Part shown: piece after piece, positions 38,444 to 47,889 of the stretch
Position numbering within the stretch: the stretch's first letter is position 1
Layout of the letters: each line of letters starts with the position of its first letter
NCBI GenBank assembly: GCA_947473355.1
Contig: CANJCQ010000011.1
Span: forward strand, 404 to 64,403
DNA from: Sphingomonadaceae bacterium
GTDB lineage: Bacteria > Pseudomonadota > Alphaproteobacteria > Sphingomonadales > Sphingomonadaceae
Reading direction: 5' to 3'
Length of the DNA stretch: 64,000 nucleotides
Position numbers and translations under genes: made by a program
Notes under the pieces: generated by a model
The model's input: only the letters and a program-made list of their open reading frames with translations
Told to the model about the DNA's origin: nothing
Database searches by the model: none

Positions 38444-39751
38444 TCAGCCCCGCCCGATGCCGACATAGTCAAAACCAGCCGCGCGCATGTCTTCCGGCTC
38501 ATAGACATTGCGCAGATCGACCAGCAGCGGCGCGCGGGCGAGCTGCTTGATCCGGGCGAAATCGAGCGCTCGGAAGGCATCCCATTCAGTGACGATGACC
38601 ACCGCGTCCGCATGTTCGATCGCGGCATAGGCGTCTTTCATCATGGCGACGCCCGGCATCATCGGCCCGGCCAGCTCCATGCCTTCGGGATCATAGGCAG
38701 TGACTTCGACCCCGGCATCGATCAGCGTCTGGGCGATGGCCAGCGAGGGGGAGTCGCGCATGTCGTCGGTGTTTGGTTTGAAGGTGAGGCCCAGCAGCGC
38801 GACTCTTTTGCCGCGCACGTCGGATGCACCCAGCGCCTCGATGACCTTGCGGCCCATCGCGCGCTTGCGGCTGTCGTTGACCTTGACCACCGCCTCGACG
38901 ATCCGCAGCGGGCTACCAAAGTCTTCAGCGGTCTTGAGCAGGGCCAGCGTATCCTTGGGAAAGCAGCTGCCGCCATAGCCCGGCCCGGCATGGAGGAATT
39001 TCGAACCGATGCGGCCATCAAGGCCGACCCCGCGCGCCACGTCCTGCACATCGGCGCCCGATTTTTCGCAAAGATCGGCTATCTCGTTGATGAAAGTGAT
39101 CTTGGTCGCAAGGAATGCGTTGGCGGCATATTTGATCAGCTCGGCGCTGCGCCGTGAGGTGAACTGGATCGGTGCCTTGTTGAGGAACAGCGGGCGATAG
39201 ACTTCGCTCATCACGCCGCGCGCCCATTCGTCATCACTGCCGATGACGATACGGTCGGGCCGCTTGAAATCGGCAATCGCCGCGCCTTCGCGCAGAAATT
39301 CCGGGTTCGAAGCGACGGCATAGCGCACTTTCGTGCCCGAATCGGCAATGATCCGCTCAACTGCATCGCCGGTGCCCACCGGCACGGTCGATTTGGTGAC
39401 CACTACAGCCGGGTGATCCAGATGCTGGCCGACTTCCTCGGCCACGGCATGGACAAAGGACAGATCGGCATGGCCGTCGCCACGCCGCGAAGGGGTGCCC
39501 ACGGCAATGAAGATCGCGCCCGCTCCGGAGATGCCTGCTGGCAGGTCAGTGGTGAAGGTGAGGCGGCCCGACATGGCATTGCGGCGCACCAGTTCTTCCA
39601 GACCCGGCTCGTAAATCGGCATTTCGCCTGCCTGAAGCCGGGCGATCTTGCCGGGATCCTTGTCGATGCAGACGACATCGTGGCCGAAATCGGCAAAGCA
39701 CGCGCCTGATACCAGCCCGACATAGCCCGAGCCGACCATCGCAATCTTCAT
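38444..39751 (-). CDS. ugd: UDP-glucose 6-dehydrogenase
   Basis: GSGYVGLV, IAVGTP, KSTVPVGT, NPEFLREG, GYGGSCFPKD, FKPNTDDMR. Confidence 0.96.
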   Translation of the reverse strand: MKIAMVGSGYVGLVSGACFADFGHDVVCIDKDPGKIARLQAGEMPIYEPGLEELVRRNAMSGRLTFTTDLPAGISGAGAIFIAVGTPSRRGDGHADLSFVHAVAEEVGQHLDHPAVVVTKSTVPVGTGDAVERIIADSGTKVRYAVASNPEFLREGAAIADFKRPDRIVIGSDDEWARGVMSEVYRPLFLNKAPIQFTSRRSAELIKYAANAFLATKITFINEIADLCEKSGADVQDVARGVGLDGRIGSKFLHAGPGYGGSCFPKDTLALLKTAEDFGSPLRIVEAVVKVNDSRKRAMGRKVIEALGASDVRGKRVALLGLTFKPNTDDMRDSPSLAIAQTLIDAGVEVTAYDPEGMELAGPMMPGVAMMKDAYAAIEHADAVVIVTEWDAFRALDFARIKQLARAPLLVDLRNVYEPEDMRAAGFDYVGIGRG

Positions 39752-39764
39752 CTAAAATCCCCTT

Positions 39765-40562
39765 TCATGCCGCAGCGATTTCGCATGCGACCCTGCCATC
39801 AATCATATCCGTGGAAATCAGCCAGCGCGCAGAGCCTTCCAGCACCAGCGCGGTCAGCCGGTTGCTGGAATAGGCGCCGGTATCGATACCGATGCGGTTG
39901 CTGCGAATCACCGGCATTGGCGAAATGCTATGGCCATGAACGATTACAAATCCGTGATCGCCGCCATGGCCGAGGAATGGCTCGCGGATCCAGTGCAGGT
40001 CGGTCGGGCTCTGATCCTCGATGCTCACACCGGGGGCAATTCCGGCGTGGACGAAGCAATAGTCGCCGATCACCACGCTGTCCTCGAAGCTGCGGATGAA
40101 GTCGAGGTCGGCAGCGGGAACCGCCTCGCGCATCATCGCCTGGCCCTGTGCCAGATCTGCCGCGTTCCAGCACGCCTCATCGAGCGGATAGGACAGGATC
40201 GTTTCGCGACCACCATAGCGCAGGAAGTGGCGAAACAGCTCGAGATCCTCGCCGCAGCGCAGGAACATTTCCTCGTGGTTGCCGCAAAGTATGCGAACCC
40301 TGCGCCGCGCTTTCAGCTCTCGGGCGGCGGCGATGACACCGGCGCTGTCCGGCCCGCGATCAATCAGATCACCGAGCAGCACGATCGTGGTTCGCGCGGG
40401 GGAGCGGCTCTTGTCGTCCGCTTCGATGGCCATGATCAGGGCATCGAACAGGTCGCGCCGACCGTGGATATCGCCCACGGCATAGATTCGCGTTTCCGCC
40501 GGAACCGATGGAAGCGGCGTCGCGGGATGCGGCCGGAAGAGTTTGCTGAGCTTTTCAAACAT
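39765..40562 (-). CDS. Metallophosphoesterase (PPP-type Ser/Thr phosphatase-like)
   Basis: GDIHG, LGDLIDRG, GNHE, FVHAG, VHGH, IGIDTG. Confidence 0.93.
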   Translation of the reverse strand: MFEKLSKLFRPHPATPLPSVPAETRIYAVGDIHGRRDLFDALIMAIEADDKSRSPARTTIVLLGDLIDRGPDSAGVIAAARELKARRRVRILCGNHEEMFLRCGEDLELFRHFLRYGGRETILSYPLDEACWNAADLAQGQAMMREAVPAADLDFIRSFEDSVVIGDYCFVHAGIAPGVSIEDQSPTDLHWIREPFLGHGGDHGFVIVHGHSISPMPVIRSNRIGIDTGAYSSNRLTALVLEGSARWLISTDMIDGRVACEIAAA

Positions 40563-40688
40563 AAAGGATCGCCGCGCCGGGCTATAAGCGTGCCCCGGCG
40601 CGGTCACAAGGTGCGGAGCGACTGGAGGCGGAGTGTTGCATAAAGCACACACCTGAATGACGCATTGCGACCTGCGCGGTTTTTCCTC

Positions 40689-40716
40689 TTGTGCAGTGCA
40701 GCAAAACGATGCAGCA
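40689..40716. promoter_or_regulatory. Putative PhaR-type operator upstream of the TorF-like porin
   Basis: TTGTGCAGTGCAGCA followed by a partial copy TGCAGCA; the 15-mer is identical to 20699-20713 in reverse. Confidence 0.5.
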
Positions 40717-40807
40717 AGGGGGTGCATTCGTGAGATGTCACCCGAAAATGAGGTGCACAGCGAATTCGCAGGTGGGACGATGCAGTATTAACCGTGAGGG
40801 AATAACT

Positions 40808-41611
40808 ATGCTTACATCCATGCGCGGCCTTTTGGCCGCAACACTTCTCGCCGGCAGCAGCTTTGCCGCCATGCCCGCTCTGGCTGACGAATCCGATCCG
40901 CCGAGCGATGTGACGATCACCGGCAGCGCCGCGATCGTTTCGCAATATCGTTTCCGCGGGCTTGCCCAGTCGGACAACAAGCCTGCCGTCCAGGCCGCGA
41001 TGACTGTCGCGCACAAGTCGGGTTTCTACCTTTCGGCATGGGGCTCGAGCGCCAGCGCCGGTGCCGGTCCGATCAACATCGGTGGCACTGAAATCGATAT
41101 CTACGGCGGCTGGACCAAGGGTCTCGGCGATAGCGGCTTCACTGTCGACATCGGCGGCTATGGTTACATCTATCCCGGCGCGCCGCTCGGCAACTATTAC
41201 GAGATCTATGGCTCGGTCGCCAAGACCTTCGGCCCGGCCACTGCCAAGATCGGCGTCTATGTCGCCCCCGACCAGGAAGTGTTCAACTACAACTGGACCT
41301 CGACCAAGCGCAGCAATCTCTATCTCTATGGCGACCTCGGCGCCGGCATTCCGGGCACTCCGCTGACTGTCCACACCCACCTTGGCTACACTGACGGCGG
41401 CTTCGCCTGGGCCAAGAACTATCTCGACTACAACGTTGGCGTCAGCGCCAAGTGGAAGGCCCTGACCTTCGACGTCTCGGTGGTGGGCACCAATGTCGGC
41501 AAGTCAGACATCAACAAAGGCTTTGCCTGCGCCAACAACGCGGCCTGCATCGAATATAACCGTCGCATGTCGAAGACGACGGTTGTCGGTTCCATCACCG
41601 CAAGCTTCTGA
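40808..41611 (+). CDS. TorF-family putative outer-membrane porin
   Basis: Signal peptide; VSQYRFRGL.QSD..PAVQ, GFY..AWGS, EID.YGG, C-terminal ITASF. Confidence 0.88.
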   Translation: MLTSMRGLLAATLLAGSSFAAMPALADESDPPSDVTITGSAAIVSQYRFRGLAQSDNKPAVQAAMTVAHKSGFYLSAWGSSASAGAGPINIGGTEIDIYGGWTKGLGDSGFTVDIGGYGYIYPGAPLGNYYEIYGSVAKTFGPATAKIGVYVAPDQEVFNYNWTSTKRSNLYLYGDLGAGIPGTPLTVHTHLGYTDGGFAWAKNYLDYNVGVSAKWKALTFDVSVVGTNVGKSDINKGFACANNAACIEYNRRMSKTTVVGSITASF

Positions 41612-41631
41612 TTTTTAGATTCAGGGGGAAC

Positions 41632-41672
41632 AGGCCCCGCTCTCCGAAAGGGGGGGGCGGGGCCTTTCTTTT
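41632..41672 (+). terminator. Rho-independent terminator
   Basis: AGGCCCCGCTCTCC-GAAA-GGGGGGGGCGGGGCCT followed by a T-rich tract. Confidence 0.8.
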
Positions 41673-41678
41673 GGCTGT

Positions 41679-42437
41679 TTACCGCAGGTAAAAATCAATC
41701 GTCGTCACCACCCGCACCCGCTTGAATGGAGAATCGGGTGCGCCGCCGCCGCCGCCTTCGCTGTCGCCATCGCGCGGGGCAATCGAGAAATAGCCCTGGC
41801 TGGCGCTCTTGATTGAGCCCACCGAAGTGCCGCTGTCCTTGGCAAACTGTTCCGCGGAAGCGCGCGCGTCCTTGGTTGCCTGAGCGATCATCGCGGGCTT
41901 GAGCGCGCCCAGCCCGGTGAACTTGTAGCTCATGCCCGAGCCATCCTCCAGCACCACGCCTCTGCGAACCAGATCGAACTGGCGCCGCGCCGCTTCCTGC
42001 GCGCGTTTGATGTCGTTCGAGCGCAGGGTCATGTTCTGCCGCACGGTGACTTCCTGCACGCCGTTGTTGGAATATTGCGACACATTTACCCCGGCAGGCT
42101 GCAGGGCCTCGGCGGGAAAGCCGAGCTCGCGGAAATAGGCGCGGATCGCTTCGCTGTCCTGTTCGGCATCAGCCTGGGCCGTGGCAAGATCGCCGGCCTT
42201 GGCTGAATAGGACAGCGACCAGGTGGCAAGATCGGCCGTGACATCCCGCTCGGCCAGCCCGCGCACGGTGACCGAGCGATCCGCCTCGCGGGCGCGGACC
42301 AGACCATTGCCCAGCAGATAGCCGCCGACGACAAGCCCGAGGGTCAGCACCCCGGCGCTGGCCAGCCAGCGGCGGGTGGTTGCATCGGCGAAGAAGGCTC
42401 TGGCGGAAGAGGCTGTATAGGGGTTAGTGTCGGTCAT
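41679..42437 (-). CDS. SIMPL (DUF541) domain protein
   Basis: R.VTVRGLAER.V.ADLA.W, A..DAR..A.QFA.DSG..VG.I..A.QG, K.VRVVTT. Confidence 0.9.
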   Translation of the reverse strand: MTDTNPYTASSARAFFADATTRRWLASAGVLTLGLVVGGYLLGNGLVRAREADRSVTVRGLAERDVTADLATWSLSYSAKAGDLATAQADAEQDSEAIRAYFRELGFPAEALQPAGVNVSQYSNNGVQEVTVRQNMTLRSNDIKRAQEAARRQFDLVRRGVVLEDGSGMSYKFTGLGALKPAMIAQATKDARASAEQFAKDSGTSVGSIKSASQGYFSIAPRDGDSEGGGGGAPDSPFKRVRVVTTIDFYLR

Positions 42438-42534
42438 GACGGGGCGTCCCTGGTTGCAAGAACAAGGCATGCGCCGGACAAGCTTTCTGCACGATGAACC
42501 GTGCACTATGCGCGATGAATGGAGCCACAAGAAC

Positions 42535-42957
42535 GTGACCAAATACCTCCACACCATGATCCGGGTCAGCGATCCCGAGGCCACGATCCGCTTTTTCGAC
42601 CTCATCGGCGTCAAGGAATTCCGTCGCTATGAGAATGCACCGGGGCGCCACACGCTGATCTTCCTTGCCGTGCCGGGCGAAGAAAAGACGGCTAATGTCG
42701 AGCTGACCCATAACTGGGACCCGGAAGACTACCAGGGCGGCCGCAACTTCGGCCACCTCGCCTATGGGGTGGAGAATATCTATGACACCTGCCAGAAGCT
42801 GGCCGATGCCGGCGTAACCATAAACCGCCCCCCGCGCGATGGGCGCATGGCCTTCATCCGGACGCCGGATGCGATTTCAATCGAGCTGTTGCAGATCGGG
42901 GAAAGCCTGCCGTCGCAGGAGCCATGGGCGTCTTTGGCGAATGTGGGGGAATGGTAG
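42535..42957 (+). CDS. gloA: Lactoylglutathione lyase (glyoxalase I)
   Basis: YLHTMIRV, ELTHNWD, GRNFGHLAY, RPPRDG.MAF.R.PD.ISIELL; GTG start. Confidence 0.9.
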   Translation: MTKYLHTMIRVSDPEATIRFFDLIGVKEFRRYENAPGRHTLIFLAVPGEEKTANVELTHNWDPEDYQGGRNFGHLAYGVENIYDTCQKLADAGVTINRPPRDGRMAFIRTPDAISIELLQIGESLPSQEPWASLANVGEW

Positions 42958-42959
42958 GG

Positions 42960-44150
42960 TCAATCGCCCCCCCGCCCTGCCAGCCTTAACACCCCGAACC
43001 CCGCCACAGCCGAAACCAGCGACCCTGCCAACACGCCCAGTTTAGCCTGCTCGACCAGTTCCGGATTTGCCGGGAAGGCCAGCGCGGCGATGAACAGGCT
43101 CATGGTGAAGCCCACGCCGCAGAGCAGCGCCATACCCCATAGCTGCGCCCAGCTTGCCCCGTCCGGGCGCTGGGCGAGCCGCAGGTGGCAGGCGGCCCAG
43201 ATGGCGCCGAAAATGCCGAGCTGCTTGCCCAGCACCAGACCGGCGGCGACGGCGAGCGGGAGGGGCGAGGTGAGGCTGTGGCCGCCATTCCCGCCCAGTT
43301 CCGTCCCGGCGTTGGCGAGGGCGAACAGGGGCAGGATCAGGTAGGTGACCCAGGGCGCCAGTGCGTGTTCCATATGGAGCAGCAGGCTGTGGCCCTGCTT
43401 GTCGAGCCGCATCGGGATGGCGAGGGCTGCCGCGACTCCGGCGACAGTGGCGTGGACGCCTGAGTGCAGGGAGCACAGCCAGGTCAGTATCGCGAGCGCG
43501 GCATAGCTCCAGCCGTTGCCGATACGCAGGCGGCCCGAGGCCAGCATCAGGGCGAGGCAGGCTGCGGCACCAGCCAACCACAGCAGGTCAATGCCCTTGG
43601 TATAGACCAGCGCAATGATCGCCACTGCGCCGATGTCATCAACGATTGCGATGGTCAGCAGCAGCAGGCGAAGCGCGGGCGGGGCGCGGCGGCCAAGCAG
43701 CGCAAGCACGCCAACGGCAAAGGCGATGTCGGTCGCCGCCGGGATCGCCCAGCCTGGGCGCAGGGCCGGATCGCCGCCGCTCACCGCCAGGTAGACAAGC
43801 GCCGGAACTGCCATGCCCGCGATTGCCGCGATGACCGGCAGCCGCCGCCGCGCCGGGCTGGCCAGCTCGCCGTCCAGCATCTCGCGCTTGATCTCAAGCC
43901 CGACGGCGAAGAAGAACAGTGCCATGGCCGCGTCGTTGATCCAGGCATGGACATCGCCCAGATGGGCGATCGGTGTCCACTCCAGCGCCCCATGCAGCAC
44001 AGCGTGATAGGCATGCGCGGCGGGCGAATTGGCGAGCAGCAGCGCCAGTATGGCCGCCGCAATCAGCAGCAGTCCCGCCCCGGCCTCGCCATGCGCCGCG
44101 CGGCGCAGCGCGGCGGCGATATGGTTGGCGAAATGGCGGTGTTGCGGCAT
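42960..44150 (-). CDS. nhaA: Na+/H+ antiporter NhaA
   Basis: WINDA.MA.FFF.VGLEIKRE, GWAIP.ATDIAFA, AIVDD, LHSGVHAT, FALANAG, CGVGFTMS.FI. Confidence 0.96.
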   Translation of the reverse strand: MPQHRHFANHIAAALRRAAHGEAGAGLLLIAAAILALLLANSPAAHAYHAVLHGALEWTPIAHLGDVHAWINDAAMALFFFAVGLEIKREMLDGELASPARRRLPVIAAIAGMAVPALVYLAVSGGDPALRPGWAIPAATDIAFAVGVLALLGRRAPPALRLLLLTIAIVDDIGAVAIIALVYTKGIDLLWLAGAAACLALMLASGRLRIGNGWSYAALAILTWLCSLHSGVHATVAGVAAALAIPMRLDKQGHSLLLHMEHALAPWVTYLILPLFALANAGTELGGNGGHSLTSPLPLAVAAGLVLGKQLGIFGAIWAACHLRLAQRPDGASWAQLWGMALLCGVGFTMSLFIAALAFPANPELVEQAKLGVLAGSLVSAVAGFGVLRLAGRGGD

Positions 44151-44179
44151 GGCGGAGCGCTCCTGACGGCGGCCATGCA

Positions 44180-44194
44180 TTAACCATAGCTGAA
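44180..44194 (+). promoter_or_regulatory. Possible CtrA site upstream of the NfrB-like gene
   Basis: TTAACCAT (CtrA half-site variant) extended as TTAA-N7-TGAA. Confidence 0.4.
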
Positions 44195-44259
44195 ACGTTT
44201 GCAAATCGCTGCAAAAGCAATAGGTTCGATTCGTGGGTGAGACCGGGTGGCTTTGCTGA

Positions 44260-45687
44260 ATGCTGGCCGATTTGACGCTGAGAGGAATGGCGCAGGTGCT
44301 GCGCTGGCTGCTCGTGGCAGAACACGAGCTGTTGCTTTTTGCCACATTCTGGTTTATTCTCAGTGCGATAGATGAAGCTGCGATCGATTTCTCGTGGATC
44401 TGGCTGCGGCTGGGTGGTCGCGGGCATGCTGCCCTTGTGCCTCTGGCACTGGCAGAATCGCCCCTGCTCGGCCGTGCAGCGATTCTCGTGCCGGCCTGGC
44501 ATGAGGACGAAGTGATCGGTCATATGATCACGCATACGCTGAAGGCCTGGACCCAGCGCGATTTCGTGCTCTATGTCGGCGTCTATCGCAACGATCCGGC
44601 AACACTGGCTGCGGCGAGCGTGGCGGCAGGCGGCGATCCGCGCATTCGCCTGGTGGTCAATGCTGCCCATGGCCCGACCACCAAGGCCGATTGTCTCAAC
44701 CGGCTCTACGCAGCGCTGCGCGCCGATGAAGCCCGCAGCGGCCTGATGTATCGCAACATCATCATGCACGATGCCGAGGACATGGTGCATCCCGCCGCGC
44801 TGGCGGTGATGGACCGGGCGCTGGCCGAGGTCGATTTTGTGCAGCTGCCGGTCCGGCCCGAACCGCAACCGGCATCGCTGTGGATTGCCGGGCACTATTC
44901 GGACGAATTTACCGAGGCCCATGCCAAGTCGCTGGTGGTGCGTGATGCGCTGGGCGCGGCGATCCCGGCGGCTGGCGTCGGCTGCGGCTTTTCGCGCGAA
45001 GCGCTCGCCAGTCTGGCGCGGCTGCGCATGGCAACGGGCGAATCGGGACCTTTCGCTTCGGAATGCCTGACCGAGGACTATGAGCTGGGCTTGCTGGTAG
45101 CCCGCGATGGTGGCCGCAGCCGGTTCCTGCGGATGCGCGATGCAGACGGAAATCTTGTCGCCACGCGCAGTTATTTCCCCTCGACCCTGGAAACCGCCGT
45201 GCGGCAGAAGGCGCGCTGGATACACGGGATTGCCCTGCAGGGCTGGGAGCGGCTGGGCTGGAGCGGGCGTCCGGTCGAAATCTGGATGGCACTGCGCGAT
45301 CGCCGCGGTCCTTTGACTGCGGTAGTGCTGGCTGCTGCCTATCTGCTGCTGGTGATCGAGGCGATTCTTGGCGCGGCGCGGCTGGCGGGCTGGCAGGACT
45401 GGCTGGCACCCAATCCGGCGCTGCGTTTCATGATCGCGATGAGCTTCGTCAGCTTCATGTGGCGCGCCGCCATGCGGTTTGCTTTCACCACGCGCGAATA
45501 TGGCGTGATGGAGGGACTGCTGGCAGTGCTGCGCATTCCGGTTGCCAATGTCATTTCGATCATGGCGGGGCGTCGCGCGCTGATCGCCTATATCCGCACT
45601 TTGAGTGGCGGCGAGGTGAGCTGGGACAAGACCAGGCACGGCAGTAACCACCCGTCGTTGATCGATGCCGAGGCGAGGGCAGCATGA
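44260..45687 (+). CDS. NfrB-like (phage N4 adsorption protein B family) membrane GT2 glycosyltransferase, lacking the C-terminal c-di-GMP domain
   Basis: VPAW.E..VI, GPTTKADCLN, HDAED, QLPV, DEF.EAH.K, P.AGVG, LTEDY.LG, RQK.RW..GI..QGW; 475 aa. Confidence 0.82.
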   Translation: MLADLTLRGMAQVLRWLLVAEHELLLFATFWFILSAIDEAAIDFSWIWLRLGGRGHAALVPLALAESPLLGRAAILVPAWHEDEVIGHMITHTLKAWTQRDFVLYVGVYRNDPATLAAASVAAGGDPRIRLVVNAAHGPTTKADCLNRLYAALRADEARSGLMYRNIIMHDAEDMVHPAALAVMDRALAEVDFVQLPVRPEPQPASLWIAGHYSDEFTEAHAKSLVVRDALGAAIPAAGVGCGFSREALASLARLRMATGESGPFASECLTEDYELGLLVARDGGRSRFLRMRDADGNLVATRSYFPSTLETAVRQKARWIHGIALQGWERLGWSGRPVEIWMALRDRRGPLTAVVLAAAYLLLVIEAILGAARLAGWQDWLAPNPALRFMIAMSFVSFMWRAAMRFAFTTREYGVMEGLLAVLRIPVANVISIMAGRRALIAYIRTLSGGEVSWDKTRHGSNHPSLIDAEARAA

Positions 45688-46925
45688 TGGGCCGCTTTTC
45701 CCGGCGCGGACAGCCGCTGGTGGCGCTGGTCATGGTGCTCGGCGGCTGGGTTTCGGCGCGGGCGATGATGTGGGACCCGGCGGCCGTTCCGTCTGTCGCG
45801 CTGCCGGTGCGTAGCGCCGTTGCGGCGCTGGCCATTCCCGCAGAGGGGCTGCGGCCTGCGTCGGCAAGGCCCGATGCTGCTTCGCCGGCAGGTATGTCGG
45901 TGCCGGGCGACCTTGGCATGGACGAAGCTGGCATGCTGGCTGACCCGCCGGACCAGACGATCGCGGCCTCTTCCAGCATTGCGAGCCAGCCCGAGCCCGG
46001 GCCGCTGACTTCATCGGTGCCCGCGACTGCTTCCGCCTCGCTCATCGAACCGCCGCGAATGTCGCGGCAATTCGTGGCACAGCCGCCGAGGCCGGTCGTC
46101 ATGCCGGTGCCCCAGGCCGTCGCTGCCGGGCACCACCTGCTGTGGATGGCGGCTCTGTCGCAAATTCCGATGCCCGCCACGCTGCTGGCTATGCCTGACC
46201 CGGCGCCTGCACCAGTTCCGTTCTACCCCGCCGGATCGCAGCCACTTGGCGCTGGCAAGCCTGGTGCCAACCGCTGGTCGGTCGATTCGTGGGTGTTGTG
46301 GCGCAGCGGCAGCAATGCGGCGCTGTCAGGCGGGCTGCTGATCCCCAGCTATGGCGCGAGCCAGGCAGGCGCGGTGTTGCGCTACCGGCTTGCGCCGGGA
46401 AGCAAGCTTCGCCCCAATGCCTATCTTCGCACCACCGCTGCTCTCAATGGTTCGAGTGAGCGCGAGGTGGCGGTGGGACTCGCACTGCGGCCGATTTCAC
46501 GGTTGCCGGTCTCGCTGCAAGGCGAAGCGCGCTACACCAGCACGCCCACCGGCCACACCTTGCGCCCGGCCGTGCTGGCGGTGACCGAATTGCCGCCCTT
46601 TGCGCTGCCGCTCGGCCTGCGCGGCGAGGTCTATGGCCAGGCGGGCTATGTCGGCGGCAAATTTGCGACTGGCTTTGCCGATGGCCAACTGCGGGTCGAC
46701 CGCCGACTGGCGCAGCTGGGCAAGGCCGATCTGCGGCTGGGCGGCGGGGCCTGGGGCGGGATCCAGAAAGGCGCCTCGCGGTTTGATGCCGGCCCTTCGC
46801 TCACCATAGGCCAGCCGCTCGGCGGCCCGGCCTCGATCAGGCTCGGCGCGGACTGGCGGTTCCGGGTCGCAGGCAAGGCGGCGCCGGGCTCCGGCCCTGC
46901 CGTGACGCTTTCCGCAGGATTCTAG
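45684..46925 (+). CDS. Probable outer-membrane beta-barrel protein (NfrA C-terminus-like) with Pro/Ala-rich N-terminal region
   Basis: ATGA-coupled to the GT; hydrophobic N-terminus; amphipathic strands (SQAGAVLRYRL, YGQAGYVG, GGGAWGG.Q, ADWRFRVAG); C-terminal LSAGF. Confidence 0.6.
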   Translation: MMGRFSRRGQPLVALVMVLGGWVSARAMMWDPAAVPSVALPVRSAVAALAIPAEGLRPASARPDAASPAGMSVPGDLGMDEAGMLADPPDQTIAASSSIASQPEPGPLTSSVPATASASLIEPPRMSRQFVAQPPRPVVMPVPQAVAAGHHLLWMAALSQIPMPATLLAMPDPAPAPVPFYPAGSQPLGAGKPGANRWSVDSWVLWRSGSNAALSGGLLIPSYGASQAGAVLRYRLAPGSKLRPNAYLRTTAALNGSSEREVAVGLALRPISRLPVSLQGEARYTSTPTGHTLRPAVLAVTELPPFALPLGLRGEVYGQAGYVGGKFATGFADGQLRVDRRLAQLGKADLRLGGGAWGGIQKGASRFDAGPSLTIGQPLGGPASIRLGADWRFRVAGKAAPGSGPAVTLSAGF

Positions 46926-46974
46926 CGCGTCTTTGCTTCCTTCCTCTGCGCCTGTCGGCTAGACGGGTCGCAGG

Positions 46975-47889
46975 ATGGATGTTTACCTCCCGATCGCCAA
47001 TCTTTCGGTCAACGGCCTGTTCATCGTCCTTTTGGGCGCGCTGACCGGGCTGCTGTCCGGCATGTTCGGCGTCGGCGGCGGTTTCCTGACCACACCGCTG
47101 CTGATTTTCTATGGCGTTCCCCCCACTGTGGCAGCGGCATCGGCCGCCAGCCAGGTGACCGGTGCGAGCATTTCAGGGGTTTTTGCGCATCACCGGCGCG
47201 GCGGGGTCGATACCAAGATCGGCCTGGTGATGGTGGCGGGCGGGGTGATCGGCACTGGCATTGGCACCCTGCTGTTCCGCCTTCTCCAGCAACTCGGCCA
47301 AATCGATACAGTGATCAATGTGCTCTATGTGCTGCTGCTGGGTTCGATCGGGATCATCATGGCGCGCGAGAGCCTTGAGACGCTGCGGGCGCAGCGATCA
47401 GGCACGCCGATCAAGGCCCGCAAGCGCCGGCATCATCCGCTGGTTGCCAGCCTGCCGATGCGCTGGCGGTTCTATCGCTCCGGGCTCTACATCTCGCCGC
47501 TGGCGCCGCTGCTGCTGGGCATGGCGACAGGCGTGCTGACCATGCTGATGGGCATTGGCGGCGGCTTCGTGCTGGTTCCGGCCATGCTCTATATTCTGGG
47601 CATGAGTGCCAGTGTGGTGGTCGGCACTTCGCTGTTTCAGATTCTGTTCGTCACCATGGCCACAACCATGATGCATGCCCTGACCACCAAGGCAGTCGAT
47701 ATCGTGCTGGCGGTGCTGCTGCTGATCGGGTCAGTAACCGGCGCGCAGGTCGGTGCGCATTTTGCGCAGAAGGCGCGGCCCGAATATCTGCGGCTGGCCC
47801 TGGCGGCGATTGTCCTGCTGGTCGCGCTGCGGCTGGCACTTGGTCTGGGCTATCGCCCGGACGAGATTTTTACGGTGATCGTTCAGTGA
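46975..47889 (+). CDS. TauE/SafE-family membrane protein
   Basis: G.LSG.FGVGGGFL.TP and G.GGGF..VP repeats; multiple TM segments. Confidence 0.92.
   Translation: MDVYLPIANLSVNGLFIVLLGALTGLLSGMFGVGGGFLTTPLLIFYGVPPTVAAASAASQVTGASISGVFAHHRRGGVDTKIGLVMVAGGVIGTGIGTLLFRLLQQLGQIDTVINVLYVLLLGSIGIIMARESLETLRAQRSGTPIKARKRRHHPLVASLPMRWRFYRSGLYISPLAPLLLGMATGVLTMLMGIGGGFVLVPAMLYILGMSASVVVGTSLFQILFVTMATTMMHALTTKAVDIVLAVLLLIGSVTGAQVGAHFAQKARPEYLRLALAAIVLLVALRLALGLGYRPDEIFTVIVQ

Noticed and set aside
44221-44260. tRNA-like GGTTCGATTC T-loop
   Set aside because: No acceptor, D or anticodon stems can be formed around it.
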